A stretch of DNA of 64,000 bases, from assembly GCF_032444005.1 (NCBI RefSeq), contig NC_091285.1, forward strand, positions 60,512,001 to 60,576,000, in the 5' to 3' direction. The notes under the pieces are model-generated. The model was given only the letters and a program-made list of their open reading frames with translations, did not search any database and was not told the origin of the DNA. Both the position numbers and the translations under genes were made by a program. Shown here piece by piece: positions 27,093-41,333 of the stretch (position 1 is its first letter; every line of letters begins with the position of its first letter). This stretch comes from Ranitomeya imitator (Eukaryota).

Positions 27093-27291
27093 GAGTTCAT
27101 GCAGACATCTGTGCAAATCGGTTAGAGAACAAACCGCAATAATGCACGTCCTGGCCGTGGCTCTCCCAATCCGAGCATCACAGCCTCATAGATATATATG
27201 AAGTTGTTACGCTCGGATAGGGAGACCTGCGGCCTGACCATGCATTGCAGTTTGTGAATTTACCGATTTGCACAGACGTCTGCATGAGCCC
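27093..27291. mobile_element. Harbinger-type MITE, 199-bp palindrome
   Basis: GAGTTCATGCAGACATCTGTGCAAATCGG / CCGATTTGCACAGACGTCTGCATGAGCCC with TAA flanks. Confidence 0.8.
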
Positions 27292-27516
27292 TAAAACAGA
27301 GTGCCTTACCAGAGACAGCTATGGACCTGTGTCAGCATGTGATGGACTGTGACTTGGTAGCTAAATATAGTATGCCTTTAACTCTTGTGTTGTCTGCTTT
27401 TTATAAGACTGTTTTAGAACCATGCAGATGAACTGAAAATAGTGTAGTTCAGACATTATACAGTACTAGATGGTGGCCCGATTCTAACGCATCGGGTATT
27501 CTAGAATATGCATGTC

Positions 27517-28155
27517 CACGTAGTATATTGCCCAGCCACGTAGTATATTGCCCAGCGACGTAGTATATTGCCCAGCCACGTAGCATATTGCCCAGTTACG
27601 TAGTATATTGCCCAGCCACGTAGTATATTGCCCAGCCACGTAGTATATTGCCCAGCGACGTAGTATATTGCCCAGCCACGTAGTATATTGCCCATTTACG
27701 TAGTATATTGCCCAGCGACGTAGTATATTGCCCAGCCACGTAGTATATTGCCCAGTTACATAGTATATTGCCCAGTTACGTAGTATATTGCCCATTTACG
27801 TAGTATATTGCCCAACCACGTAGTATACAGCACAGAGCCACGTAGTATATTGCACAGCGACGTAGTATATTGCCCAGCCACGTAGTATACAGCACAGAGC
27901 CATGTAGTATATTGTCCAGCCACGTAGTATACAGCACAGAGCCACGTAGTATATTGCACAGCGACGTAGTATACAGCACAGAGCCACATAGTATATTGCA
28001 CAGTGAGGTAGTGTATTGTCCAGCCACGTAGTATACAGCACAGAGCCACATAGTATATTGCCTAGTGATGTAGTATATTGCCCAGCCATGTAGTATACAG
28101 CACAGAGCCACGTAGTATATTGCCCAATGACGTAGTATATTGCCCAGTCACGTAT
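27517..28155. repeat. 20/22-bp minisatellite inside the Helitron
   Basis: CACGTAGTATATTGCCCAGC with a 20-bp period, later alternating with ACGTAGTATACAGCACAGAGCC. Confidence 0.97.
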
Positions 28156-28667
28156 GTCACAGGTTAAAACAATAAAAAATAAACATACTCACCTAACGAT
28201 CCGAGTGCCCCTTGTAGTTTAACATACTCACCATTCTGGTCGCTGCTCCTCAGCATCCCGTCTCTCCACCTCCTGGGACCCAACGGCGCTGTGCAGATGG
28301 GAGCGCGGCTGCCGCCATTTTGCGTTCCCAGGATGCTTTGTGAAATTACCCATATGACTTAGCGGTCTCGCGAGACTGCTGGGTCTTCTGGGTAATTTCG
28401 CAAAGCATTGCTGGGAAAGGAAGATGGCGGCAGGCGCGAGCGCCTCAGCGGACAACGGAGGGTGAGTATAGCAGGTTTTTTGTTTTTTACTATTTAAATT
28501 TTTTTTTACTATTGATGCCGCATAGGCAGCATCAATACTAAAGGTTGGGGACACACAGGGTTAATAGCGGCGGTAACGGAATGCGTTACGCGTGGCATAA
28601 CGCGGTCCGTTACCACCGGCATTAGCCCTGTGTTAGCGGTGACCGGAGGGGAGTATGGAGCAGGCGT

Positions 28668-28910
28668 CAGGGACACTGACTGCAGGGAGTAAGCAGCGGA
28701 GCACCGGGGACACTGACTGCGGGGAGCGGAGCACCGGGGACACTGACTGTGGGGAGCGGAGCCCTGGGGACACTGACTGCGGGGAGCGGAGCGCCGGGGA
28801 CACTGACTGCGGGGAGCCGAGCGCCGGGGACACTGACTGCGGGGAGCGGAGCGCCGGGGACACTGACTGCGGGGAGCAGAGCGCCGGGGACACTGAATGC
28901 GGGGAGCGGG
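28668..28910. repeat. 30-bp GC-rich minisatellite inside the Helitron (about 8 copies)
   Basis: GGGACACTGACTGCGGGGAGCGGAGCGCCG with a 30-bp period. Confidence 0.97.
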
Positions 28911-29981
28911 AAGTATGGAGCGGACGCCGGTCACTGACTGTGGGGATTATGGAGCGGCCATTTTCTTCCAGACTGTGCCTGACGCTGATTGGTCATGGCT
29001 GTTTTGCGGCGACCAATCAGCAACTTGGATTTCCATGATAGACAGAGGCCACGACCAATGAATATCCGTGACAGACAGAAGAACAGACAGACGGAAGTAC
29101 CCCATAGACAATTATGTATATAGATTTGCAAGCTTTTGGGACAGAGTTTTCTCTCATTTGGCCAACTCTCTGTTCTGTAAGCTTGCACATCTATCCTCTG
29201 TGATTAGCCAATAAAGGTATTCATTTCTGGTATACAGCGTTGAGAAGTTAATCTACTGTTTTTTACCATGATTCAGTTCTAGGTATAGTGTCCCTTTACA
29301 TCCTTAGGATCCTTGATAAAGACTTTTGTGCCCCTCCATAGAGCTCCACAACCTCTATTCTCAGAAATGTGTGCTCTATTGTACTCTTCCCAACTATTGT
29401 TCCTGTGATCTGCTAAATATCTCTAAAGTGCCATAACCTAATGACTTCTCAATCAACTCAATGAATAAAATATGAAGTATAAGCATAACCGGAATGTTAG
29501 CTCATTTGTTGCTAAGACATCATGTTACCATTAATCAATTTCAAATTATGAAACAAGACCTTCTTGCTGTAAAATTTGGTTAATTCAGAAACCTAATGAC
29601 AAGTGTGGGTTGAATTATATTTCTCTCTGCCAGTGTATAATCACAATCAGTGCTCTCCTTCGCTGCCGAGAAAGGTGGATGCCTCATTAAACGGAACATG
29701 TTCACTACATCTGTCATATCTTCATTTTTCTGAGGACCAGGGAAATCAGGCTGGATAATTTTATTTTCTTTTTTTTCAGCTTCCTATCTTAAAGAAAAAT
29801 TCCACCCAGAATTGTTCTTAAAGTCTGCACAATTTTCAGCATGAGGAGCTTATCATGCTTCTGTACAATAGCTATCCTGAAATGCCTGCTTTAGCAAACA
29901 CTCATTTTCCTATGAGTTAACACTGTAGGCATCTTTATTTAGAACTTTGCAGGTCTAGAACGTGAAGTTACCAGGAGTAGA

Positions 29982-31012
29982 TGTGACACCCCTGGAATCC
30001 GGTCGTCACAGTGGTATTGCCTGCCTCCCGGGGAGGATGATGCCATGCCTGGAAGCGAGAAGGAGTTCCCTTAGCAGATAACATTAGCATACAAAACTTT
30101 CCTGACTCCAGGCCAGAAGGGGGAGCTCTAAACCCAGTTTCAGAGTAGCTTCTCTATAAATTCTGGTCTGTAGGAGGAGGTAGGGTCAGTCTGTGTGAGA
30201 GAGTGAGGGGAGAGGAAGCATGTGAGGAGATGGAAACTAGGAGTGGAGCTGTGATTGAGCTCACTCCCCAGATTGAGTGCAAGAAACCAGACACCGGGGT
30301 CCGAGGTTGTGTGGGAACTGTATGCCCCACAGCAGAAACTGGAGGGCAGGAGATTGCAGGCCTTCGAGCCACAACTGACACCCGAAGGCATAGCAGCAGA
30401 TTAGAGCCTGGAGTCACCACGAGAGAGGGACACTTGTAAAAAGGCTCGAGCCGCCTGCCATGCGGGTAGAGTTTCATCTAATGGACAGATTGAGAAAAGG
30501 ACTTAAGGAAAGCTAATGCATCAAGAACTCAGAATTCAGCTCAGAAAGGAAGGTTTCCAACTCCACCTGGCTAAGGGGATTCCAAACCGCTTCCAGGCAG
30601 CCCAGATTTCAAACATCACCTATAACCTGTGCCCTGGACTGCAATTTCACTAGTAAAAAGTAAAGAGACTGCAAATCCTGTGTCCTCCAATTATTTCCTG
30701 CACTCTACCAGCTATCATCCCTTACTAACTGCACCAGGAGCCCTGGGGACCAAGCTCTACCCGTGGGGAGCTTTACCAACTCTGCTACAATACCATCAGC
30801 CCCAGTGGACCCCTTTAAGCAGCGTCGGCCATCTCTGGCGGAGTACCACAGGTGGCATCACGAACATTTATCCACACAGACTTTATTTGCCACTACACTT
30901 CATCCCCTTTAATTGGATGCCCAAGGCCACAGACTGGGTCACTGCTGCTGTTACACATCCCTTTAAAAACCGGCCCGGTACTGACTATCCCATGGCCCTG
31001 GCAGGCGCTCCA
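29982..31012. mobile_element. Solo LTR (1031 bp)
   Basis: TGTGACACC...GGCGCTCCA termini with a perfect 4-bp TSD TAGA (29978-29981 and 31013-31016). Confidence 0.85.
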
Positions 31013-31169
31013 TAGACTTTTTAGATAAAATGCTGAAGAAAGTTTTATTAAAAAAGAAATGTTAGCAAAGGAGACAAGTGCTTTTTAAATTGTGAATTTT
31101 GTAAAATGGCAGAAAATGACAAACTACCAACCAAACTAATAACACTGACTACAAATCCATCTATAACCT

Positions 31170-31607
31170 TTCTCCTCTGCACATCTATGAACTATTCTCC
31201 CGTTATCTTCCCTCACGTAATCTCTGGTTTTCCCAAGGCCTCCTACCTATTCGTTCCTCACCCAACCGCCTCCAAGATTTCTCCCGAATATCCCCCATGC
31301 TCTGGAATTATCCACCACATTTGGATCCATCAGACGGATCGTGAAAACGCATCTCTTCAAGAAAGCCTACAACCTGCAATAGCCAACCTGCTGCCTTACC
31401 ACCACCGAAGTTGTCACCTCAAAACCTCTGGAGCAACTGCGACCCCCAACCTACTGTGTGCTTCCCCATCATCCTATAGAATGTAAGCCCACAAGGGCAG
31501 TCTACCATTGTTAGTCTACTGTAAGTGATATCTGTATGTTGTATGTAACCCCGTCTCATGTACATCACCATGGAATCAATGGTGCTAGATAAATAAATAA
31601 TAATAAT
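31170..31607 (+). mobile_element. L2-type LINE 3-prime end
   Basis: AACCGCCTCCAAGATTTCTCC (NRLQDFS)...CTCTGGAAT. Tail ATAAATAAATAATAATAAT ends at 31607. Homologous to 17950-19605. Confidence 0.8.
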
Positions 31608-32841
31608 GAAATAGCTAAACTAGTGAAAACAACTAAACAGCTCCTCAGTGTTGCGATCCTTCTACGTGTCCACGTTGTTTTTCACACGGACTGTGTGTCC
31701 ATGCAAAACACATAGAGACAGGTCTGTCTTTTTTCAGGGTGCAACGATGACAAGCGCCAAGACAAGTCTACGGGTCAATGAAAAACACATACACGGATGG
31801 CATCAGTGTGCTTTCTGTCTTCTGTCCATGTTTAACATTGCCAAGTATAGGGGAAGCTTTATAAGTTATTTACTTCTTTATCCATACCCGAAAAACACTG
31901 ATGACACACTGATGGAAAACACTGATGGCAACAGTATAATTTTTTGACATACTTGTTTAAACATGGACATGTGACTCCAGCCTTACACAAATTGTGACCC
32001 CGGGCAAAATTCAAAGTGTGGCCTCAGATTCTGAAATACTGCACCAATGACAACATTACAATTAGTTCAGTATATTGAAGTGTTTTTTTTTTTTTACCAG
32101 TAACAATCTGTAAGTATCCCCAAAGTCATAAAGCAGAAAAGGACCAAGTTGCTGTTCAAGGACTAAAACATACCGCAAATCTATGTTCTCTATGGGCTAC
32201 AACTACAACGTAGTTACATCCTTAAAAACAAAGTTCCTCAGATGTCCTCACTCACCATCCGTTATGATCATCTAAGCAAACAGAATGCAAAATCCTTGCT
32301 TTATTTTTTGTATTGAAAAAAATTAAAAAACATAATTGGTATTGCCATGCCTGTGATGTTATTTTACCTGCGTGATGATCGCCACACAAAAAAAAAAGTA
32401 AAGCAAAAAAATAAAAACCATTAGTAGAATTGCATACATAGTAAAAAATGTTTTTAATGAAAAATTGAGCTCACCTCACAAAAAGCAAACTTATGTACGG
32501 TGCTTTCAATGAAATGTAAAAATGTTATGGCTCAAGCAGTAAAATATTAAACAATAAAAGTTTCAGGATAATTTGAGCTTTCCCATAACCATACTGATCC
32601 ACAGAATAAAGTCAATATATTATTTATAAGCCAGATATTGTGCATTACCTGTGTGTGACCAGCGCCCTATACAAGCTGCCTTTTTTGTGTGCAATTTTAA
32701 TACTAAGCAATCACCCCTTCATGAACAGGTAGGTTGTGAATTGTTGTTTCATCAGTATTTTGCACCTGTGCTGTCGCCATCTTTATTACATGGGTTTGCT
32801 GCATCCTGAGACCTGTGCATGTAAATACTGTGGCCCTGTTA

Positions 32842-34200
32842 GGCGGCCTCACACTACCGTGTTTTACGGACGTAAGAGAGGTGCTGAAAATACGAATTGC
32901 ATACGGTACAATGCTTCTCTATGCCCCAGCTCCTATCAGCCGTATTTTACTGATCCGTATTATACGGTGTTCTAAAAAAAAATATGCCAATGAAAGTCTA
33001 TGGGGGCCAGAAAAATATGGATTACACACGGACCAGCAGTGTGACTTGCGAGAAATACTCAGCAGTGTTCTATAGAAAAAGCCGGCAATTCAGTGCGGTG
33101 TACAGTAAAATCACACTGACAGGTTAGAATAGAATAGGTAGAATAAATGTCTACACATAGTATAGGGGTATATATATATATATATATATATGTCAGTGAG
33201 ACACATATGTATATATATTAATATTTCATACAGCGCTAGATAGCTTAAAAGCCGGTAATTCAATTGCTGGCTTTTCCTATCTCCTTCTCAAACCCGACAT
33301 GATATAAGACATGGTTTACATACAGTAAACCATCTCATATACCTTTTTTTTGCATATTCCACACTAGTAATGTTAGTAGTGTGTATGTGCAAAATTTGTG
33401 CGCCCTAGCTATTAATTTAAAGGGTTAAATCGCTGAAAAAATTGGTGTGTGCTCCCGTGCAATTTTCTCTGATAGAATGGTAAAGCCAGTGACTGAGGGC
33501 AGATATTAATAGCCAGGAGAGGGTCCATGGTAATTGCCCCCCCCCCCCTGGCTAAAAACATCTGCCCCCAGCCACCCCAGAAAAGGCACGTCTGGAAGAT
33601 GCGCCTATTCTGGCACTTGGCCACTCTCTTCCCATTCCTGTGTAGCGGTGGGATATGGGGTAAAGAAGGGTTAATGTCACCTTGCTATTGTAAGGTGACA
33701 TTAAGCCAGATTAATAATGGAGAGGCGTCAATTATGACACCTATCCATTATTAATCCAATAGTATGAAATAGTTAAAAAACACACAAACACATTATTACA
33801 AAGTATTTTAATGAAATAAATACACAGGTTGTTGTAATATTTTATTATACTGGTAATCCACCTGAAGACCCTCGTTCTGTAAAAAAGGTAAAATAAAAAA
33901 CAACAATATCCCATACCTTCTGTCGTTCTGTCACATCCAACGATGTAAATCCATCTGAAGGAGTTAACTAATTTTACAAGCAGGAGCCTGCTAATGCAGC
34001 TGTGCTCCTGCCAGTAAAACACCAGCAAATGATTGGAATGTAGATCAATGACCTTTTCAGAATATTTTCCCACGCTTGAGTTCATATGAGGACATCCAGC
34101 AGAGGGCGCATCACCGCAACTGAAGGTAACTACAGGTCATTGACCTACATTCCATTCATTCGCTGTGGTTTTACTGGCAGGAGCACAGCTGCATTAGCAG
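32842..34200. mobile_element. Truncated Harbinger-ended MITE carrying the same internal arm as the hAT MITE at 14899-17064
   Basis: TTA|GGCGGCCTCACAC start. From the (TA)n at 33169-33191 onward it aligns with about 15060-15950, followed by a short piece of the inverted arm to about 34200. Right TIR not found. Confidence 0.75.
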
Positions 34201-34619
34201 CAAATATTCCTATATATCTTTTCTGCCAAGATTCTTGTTTTTTTTCACTGTTTTGCTCCCCGAGTCATGGTTACCAGCATTGATGTCATAGCAATCACTT
34301 CATCTCCAGAATTTCCTACTCCCTTCTTACATTTCCCATCATTCCTTTCATTGTGGGGAAATACTGGGGAAAAAAAAGAGCAGAAGGATATTGTTATTGT
34401 TAGGGTTTGGCTTAGGGTTATGGTTGGGGTTGGGTTTAGGTTTGAGCAATCCCAGGATTTTTTGGGGGGAATTTAGCAGCTGTGAAACATGGGGGCAGGG
34501 ACTTGAGCATGTCACTCAAGCACTCGCTATACTCGCTGTATACAAGAGCACTGTATCCGACTTCGAGTAGCGAGCACTTACGCTAAACATTAAAAATGAC
34601 ATATTCAATATGACGACCT

Positions 34620-37006
34620 AAAGTTATCAAATTGTGTCTAGTGCATTTTGGGTTCAAAATCATCACTATTCTCCTGGATAAAATCCTTGATTGGTGTAGT
34701 TTCCAAAATGAGGTCAGTTGTGGGAGGTTTCTGCTGTTTGAGCACCAGCCCGTGACATGTTTCCAGCAATCTATTTCAGCCTATTTATGTTCCCAATTTT
34801 AAATATTGCTCCTTTCATTCCGAGCCCTGACATTTGTCCAAACAGAACTCTGTGACTACATGTGGGGTATTGCATGCTCTTAAAGTGGGTAACAAACTGT
34901 GGGGTTCACTTTTTGATGTTACCTCTTGCAAAAGTGAGAAATTTGGGGCTAACGGGTGACGGGACGTGGTGACCCTTAAAGGTATTTTACATATATTTTC
35001 AGTGCTATTTCCCTCTGGTTGTCTGTACCTTGGCACCTTGCACTTCATTTTTGAATAGCATTTTTGCTGTGTTCATACGATTGGTGGAATTTTATGGTCT
35101 TATATTTGTTTTTTTAGCCCTTACACTGTGCACGTTATTTTTTGGGACATTTTCAATTAATAGTGTACAATTTTGAATATAGTGATTGATTTACTAATAT
35201 TGCACATTATATATAATTTTTTTAAGTTATTCACATTGATTTTGTCCACCTTTTTTAATTTTCATATAAATATTTTTGTGATGCACGAATAGGGAATATA
35301 GCTTGAAAATAATATATTTTGGTTCACCGTTTTTATATTAGATATTGTTTTTTTATTATATATACTTGTAACCCTGTCTTAATACACATACATATTTTAT
35401 TAATTATTTTACTAATTGCCATTTCTACCTAATAATGGCATTTTTTAATTGACTTTCTGCTTGTGATACACTTTTTGACTATTGATGTTTTCGGTTGGTA
35501 TGGTTGGTCTTTCACTCTAGTGTTAAATCACTGCTTCTCACAGAACACCGCGACTACAGTAATTTATATATACCGTATTTTTCCGACCATTAGACGCACT
35601 TTTTTTCCTCCAAATTTGGGAGGAAAGTGTGGGTGCGTCTTATGGTACGGATGTAGCATGTGGGGAGGGGGGCAGCAGTGAGTGGGATCGCACTGTTATC
35701 CCACTTCAGGATGTTCCAGCTGCCCAGGATCAGCGCTGGAGAAACCATGTGCTCCCGACGATTAAGTGCAGTGAATATTCATTAGCGGCTCCCCGCCCAC
35801 CTATCAGCTGAGCGGTGAGCCGGGAGCAGCAAATGCTTAAGCAGGGACACACATGGCTTCTCCAGCGCTGATTCCTGCAGCAGCTGGGCAGGTCTGTGTG
35901 TCCGGGGGAGAGGAGGCAGCAGCAGGGGCCAAGGGAGAGAGGAGATGGCTGCATACCTGCCTGCCATGCCTGGGCTGGACGCTGAGTTCTGTGTAGGAGG
36001 ACCTGTGATGATGTCAGGAGTGGGCCGGCTGGAGCATCACATGGCAGCTCAGAGCCCTCCCTCTTCTTGACATCATCACAGGTCCTTCAGGCTTTCCAGT
36101 CTCTACTGCAGCTTCCTCATAACCTGTGCTATGGAAATGAAAGAGGGACTGCTCTGTGTACAGTAATGGGATGCTCCAGCTTTAACCTCACCATAGTGTG
36201 GCTGGCTGCCACATTTAAGAGGTTAGTCTTTACAAAACACAATAAAGCACTCTGCCACTCCTTTGGTGAACTATAACTCCCAGCATGTCATAGGATCTGC
36301 AGGACATGCTGGGAGTTATAGTTCTCCCATGGGATTTTAAAGCAGCACTCCAGTGTTATTTTGCAGTGCTGGAGTGGTGCTTTAAATATAAGCCCTGTGC
36401 CCCCATTCTTATACTCACCCTCCAGCATCTTCATATAGTACTGTACAGACACCACACTTGTCCCGCAGCTTCCAACATAATAACATACTATTATATATAA
36501 TAACACCACATATAATAGTATGTCATTTATGTTATTAAATATTTTACCACATTTTTTAGCTTCAAATATTTTTTTTCCCCTATTTTCCACCTCTAAAACC
36601 TGGGTGCGCCTTATAGTCCGGTGCGTCTTATAGTCCGAAAAATACGGTATATGTACATATATATACATATATATATCTATATATATATACATATATATAT
36701 AGATATATATATATATACTTTTTTTTATTGTTCGTGGCATGTCTGTGCTTTAACTTAAACAAATTTAAAGTTTTGTAAATTGCAACATTTTCTAATCTTT
36801 TTTTTTTATTTTTGTAAATATAGGCATATCATATCGACCAAAATGTACCACAAACATGAATTACAATATTGTTCAAAAAAACAATTTCAGAATCATTAGG
36901 CTCTGTTGAAGCTTTCCAGAGTTATTACCACATAAAGTGACGTTGTTTAAGTTAAAAAAAAATTGGCCTCGTCATTAAGGTCAAAATTAGCTCAGTCACT
37001 AAGGAG
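34620..37006. mobile_element. Degraded piggyBac-like non-autonomous element interrupted by a Tigger-type MITE
   Basis: The right end ...CAGTCACTAAGGAG|TTAA (37006) is the inverted match of the TTAA|CCCCTTCATGACC end at 38275. Left boundary uncertain. Confidence 0.5.
35573..36647. mobile_element. pogo/Tigger-type MITE
   Basis: TIRs CCGTATTTTTCCGACCATTAGACGCAC / GTGCGTCTTATAGTCCGAAAAATACGG with TA TSD. Confidence 0.88.
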
Positions 37007-37997
37007 TTAATAATAATGGGCGAGCAATAAAATGTTCTGGTGATCGTTAGTTGAATTAAGCAAATTGGAATGCTAGCATGCTCATTTTGAATAACAAGCA
37101 TAATTGTAGTCAATGGGAAACTCCGGCAAACCCTACAAGGAGGTTTGAGGAGGCTGAAATGGATGGAAACACTGCCTAAATGGATTGGGAACAGCATGTG
37201 AAAGAATCCTGATGATGCATCTTTGACGCCCAAGTCGCTGCTGGGAAAATTGATTTTACAGGAAAGAAGGTAAAGAGACATTCTTTCCTGTATAATGACT
37301 TGGATATAAGGCAAAATAAAAAAGAGGAAAAAAAACGCCAGCTTTCACCATATTTCCATTTAGTTTTTAGCAATAAAGAAATTAATAAATAAAATAACCA
37401 GCTAATGCAAAGCAGACAGCTGCGGGCTGATACTATCATGCGGATAAGGTCCATGGTTATTGGCCCCTTCCCAGCCTAAAAATACCAACCAGCAGCCGCC
37501 GCATAACTGATGCCAATTCTTGTCCCTGTTTCAATTCTTCCCGATTGCCCTAACGCGGTCTCAATCAGAGTAATGGGATTTGGGATGGATGACAGCTGTG
37601 ATTTGTGAAAAATGACAGCTGGTATCAACCCCTGGGGTTAGTAATGGAGAGATGTCTGTCAGACATCCCCACTAACCCCCACATTACTAGCCCAATAAGA
37701 AAAAGGAAAAAAAAAACACAAATATCCTTTATTTACAAAAACACTCCCCAACAAATGCAGTCTTTCTTTCATTTTTTTTTTAAATACCTTAGTTCACAGC
37801 CTCCAGGTGTCCCAGCAGCTGGGATCACCAGTAACCTTAAAGCCTCCCTTACCGAACATCACAGCTGCCGCAAGATCCAGTGGCTCTGAACTTTGGTAAC
37901 CTTAAAGCCTCCTGTCATTGTGCACATTTTGATTTTTTACTTAGTATTTTATTGCATTTGTTACCTGCAATTTTGTACAGCAATGAATGTTGTTTAA

Positions 37998-38248
37998 CCC
38001 CTTTATTCCGCAGGGTGGTTTGCACATTAATGACCAGACCAATTTTTACAATTCTGACCAGTGTCACTTTATGCAGTAATAACTTCAACAGATCCCACTA
38101 ATTTTGAGACTGTTTTTACTTGACATATTGTACTTCATGATAGTGGTAAAATTTATTCAATATTTGGAAAATTTAGCATTTTTCAAACTTTGAATTCTTA
38201 TGCCCTTAAATTAGAGAGATAATCACACAATATAGTTAGTAAATAACA
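37998..38248. mobile_element. Left-end fragment of a piggyBac-like MITE
   Basis: TTAA|CCCCTTT start. Aligns with the start of the element at 38275. Confidence 0.6.
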
Positions 38249-38739
38249 TAGTTACATAGTTACATAGTTATTAACCCCTTCATGACCCAGCCTATTTTGA
38301 CCTTAAAGACCTTGCCGTTTTTTGCAATTCTGACCAGTGTCCCTTTATGAGGTAATAACTCAGGAACGCTTCAACGGATCCTAGCGGTTCTGAGATTGTT
38401 TTTTCGTGACATATTGGGCTTCATGTTAGTGGTAAATTTAGGCCAATAAATTCTGCGTTTATTTGTGATAAAAACGGAAATTTGGCGAAAATTTTGAAAA
38501 TTTCGCAATTTTCACATTTTGAATTTTTATTCTGTTAAACCAGAGAGATATGTGACACAAAATAGTTAATAAATAACATTTCCCACATGTTTACTTTACA
38601 TCAGCACAATTTTGGAAACAAAATTTTTTTTTGTTAGGAAGTTATAAGGGTTAAAATTTGACCAGCGATTTGTCATTTTTACAACGAAATTTACAAAACC
38701 ATTTTTTTTAGGGACCACCTCACATTTGAAGTCAGTTTG

Positions 38740-41333
38740 AGGGGTCTATATGGCTGAAAATACCCAAAAGTGACACCATTCTAAAAACTGCACCCCTCAA
38801 GGTACTCAAAACCACATTCAAGAAGTTTATTAATCCTTCAGGTGCTTCACAGCAGCAGAAGCAACATGGAAGGAAAAAATGAACATTTAACTTTTTAGTC
38901 ACCAAAATTATCTTTTAGCAACAATTTTTTTATTTTCCCAATGGTAAAAGGAGAAACTGAACCACGAAAGTTGTTGTCCAATTTGTCCTGAGTACGCTGA
39001 TACCTCATATGTGGGGGTAAACCACTGTTTGGGCGCACGGCAGGGCTTGGAAGGGAAGGAGCGCCATTTGACTTTTTGAATCAAAAATTGGCTCCACTCT
39101 TTAGCGGACACCATGTCACGTTTGGAGAGCCCCCGTGTGCCTAAAAATTGGAACTCCCGCACAAGTGACCCCATTTTGGAAACTAGACGCCCCAAGGAAC
39201 TTATCTAGATGCATAGTGAGCACTTTGAACCCCCAGGTGCTTCACAAATTAATCCGTAAAAATGAAAAAGTACTTTTTTTTCACAAAAAAATTCTTTTAG
39301 CCTCAATTTTTTCATTTTCACATGGGCAGTAGGGTAAAATGGATCATAAAATTTGTTGGGCAATTTCTCCCGAGTACACCAATACCTCACATGTGGGGGT
39401 AAACCACTGTTTGGGCACATGGTAAGGCTCGGAAGGGAAGGAGCGCCATTTGACTTTTTGAATGAAAAATTATTTCCATTGTTAGCGGACACCATGTCGC
39501 GTTTGGAGAGCTCCTGTGTGCCTAAACATTGGCGCTCCCCCACAAGTGACCCCATTTTGGAAACTAGACCCCCCCAAGGAACTTATTTAAATGCCTTGTG
39601 AGCACTTTCAACCCTCAGGTGCTTCACAAATTGATCTGTAAAAATGAAAAAGTACTTTTTTTTCACAAAAAAATTATTTTCGCCTCAATTTTTTCATTTT
39701 CACATGGGCAGTAGGGTAAAATGGATCATAAAATTTGTTGGGCAATTTCTCCTGAGTACGTCAATACCTCATATGTGGGGGTAAACCACTGTTTGGGCAC
39801 TCGGCAGGGCTCGGAAGGGAAGGCGCGCCATTTGACTTTTTGAATGGAAAATTAGCTCCAATTGTTAGCGGACACCATGTCGCGTTTGGAGAGCCCCTGT
39901 GTGCCTAAACATTGGAGCTCCCCCACAAGTGACCCCATTTTGGAAACTAGACCCCCAAGGAACTTATCTAGATGCATATTGAGCACTTTAAACCCCCAGG
40001 TGCTTCACAGAAGTTTATAACGCAGAGCCATGAAAATAAAAAATAATTTTTCTTTCCTCAAAAATGATTTTTTAGCCTGGAATTTCCTATTTTGCCAAGG
40101 ATAATAGGAGAAATTGGACCCCAAATATTGTTGTCCTGTTTGTCCTGAGTACGCAGATACCCCATATGTGGGGGTAAACCACTGTTTGGGCGCACGGCAG
40201 GGCTCGGAAGGGATGGCACGCCATTTGGCTTTTTAAATGGAAAATTAGCTCCAATCATTAGCGGACACCATGTCACGTTTGGAGAGCCCCTGTGTGCCTA
40301 AACATTGGAGATCCCCCAGAAATGACACCATTTTGGAAACAAGACCCCCAAAGGAACTAATCTAGATGTGTGGTAAGGACTTTGAACCCCCAAGTGCTTC
40401 ACAGAAGTTTATAACGCAGAGCCATGAAAAAAAAAAAATTATTTTCTCAAAAATGATCTTTTAGCCTGCAATTTTGTATTTTCCCAAGGGTAACAGGAGA
40501 AATTTGACCCCAAAAGTTGTTGTCCAGTTTCTCCTGAGTACGATGATACCCCATATGTGGGGGTAAATCACTGTTTGGGCACATGCCGGGGCTCGGAAGT
40601 GAAGTAGTGACGTTTTGAAATGCAGACTTTGATGGAATGCTCTGTGGGCGTCACGTTGCGTTTGCAGAGACCCTGATGTGGCTTAACAGTAGAAACCCCC
40701 CACAAGTGACCCCATTTTGGAAACTAGACCCCCAAAGGAACTTATCTAGATGTGTGGTGAGCACTTTGAACCCCCAAGTGCTTCATAGAAGTTTATAATG
40801 CAGAGCCGTGAAAATAATAAATACGTTTTCTTTCCTCAAAAATAATTATTTAGCCCAGAATTTTTTAATTTTCCCAAGGGTAACAGGAGAAATTTGACCC
40901 CAATATTTGTTGTCCAGTTTCTCCTGAGTACGGTGATACCCCATATGTGGGGGTAAACTACTGTTTGGGCACATGCTGGGGCTTGGAATTGAAGTAGTGA
41001 CGTTTTGAAATGCAGACTTTGATGGAATGCTCTGCGGGCGTCACGTTGCGTTTGCAGAGCCCCTGATGTGCCTAAACAGTAGAAACCCCCCACAAGTGAC
41101 CCCATTTTGGAAACTAGACCCCGAAAGGAACTTATCTAGATGTGTGGTGAGCACTTTGAACCCCCAAGTGCTTCATAGAAGTTTATAATGCAGAGCCGTG
41201 AAAATAATAAATACGTTTTCTTTCCTCAAAAATAATTATTTAGCCCAGAATTTTTTATTTTCCCAAGGGTTACAGGAGAAATTGGACCCCAAAAGTTGTT
41301 GTCCAGTTTCTCCTGAGTACGCTGATACCCCAT
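38740..41333. repeat. Tandem array of 382-393 bp units (about 6.5 copies)
   Basis: GAGTAC anchor at 38990, 39372, 39754, 40147, 40536, 40926 and 41315. Confidence 0.95.

Larger units (their letters stand above)
27466..29124 (-). mobile_element. Non-autonomous Helitron
   Basis: Minus strand begins A|TCTATATAC (29124) and ends CATCTAG|T (27466). Subterminal hairpin CCCGAT-8nt-ATCGGG at 27477-27496. No TSD, A|T target. Confidence 0.88.

Noticed and set aside
27484-28111. Several Tyr/Trp-rich ORFs
   Set aside because: Translations of the 20/22-bp minisatellite.
28509-29038. Repetitive ORFs (SQCPRRSAPR, PQSVSPALRS)
   Set aside because: Translations of the 30-bp minisatellite.
29725-29755. CTGAGGA...GAAA hammerhead-like core
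   Set aside because: Helix II would need a 1-nt loop, and there are no helices I or III.
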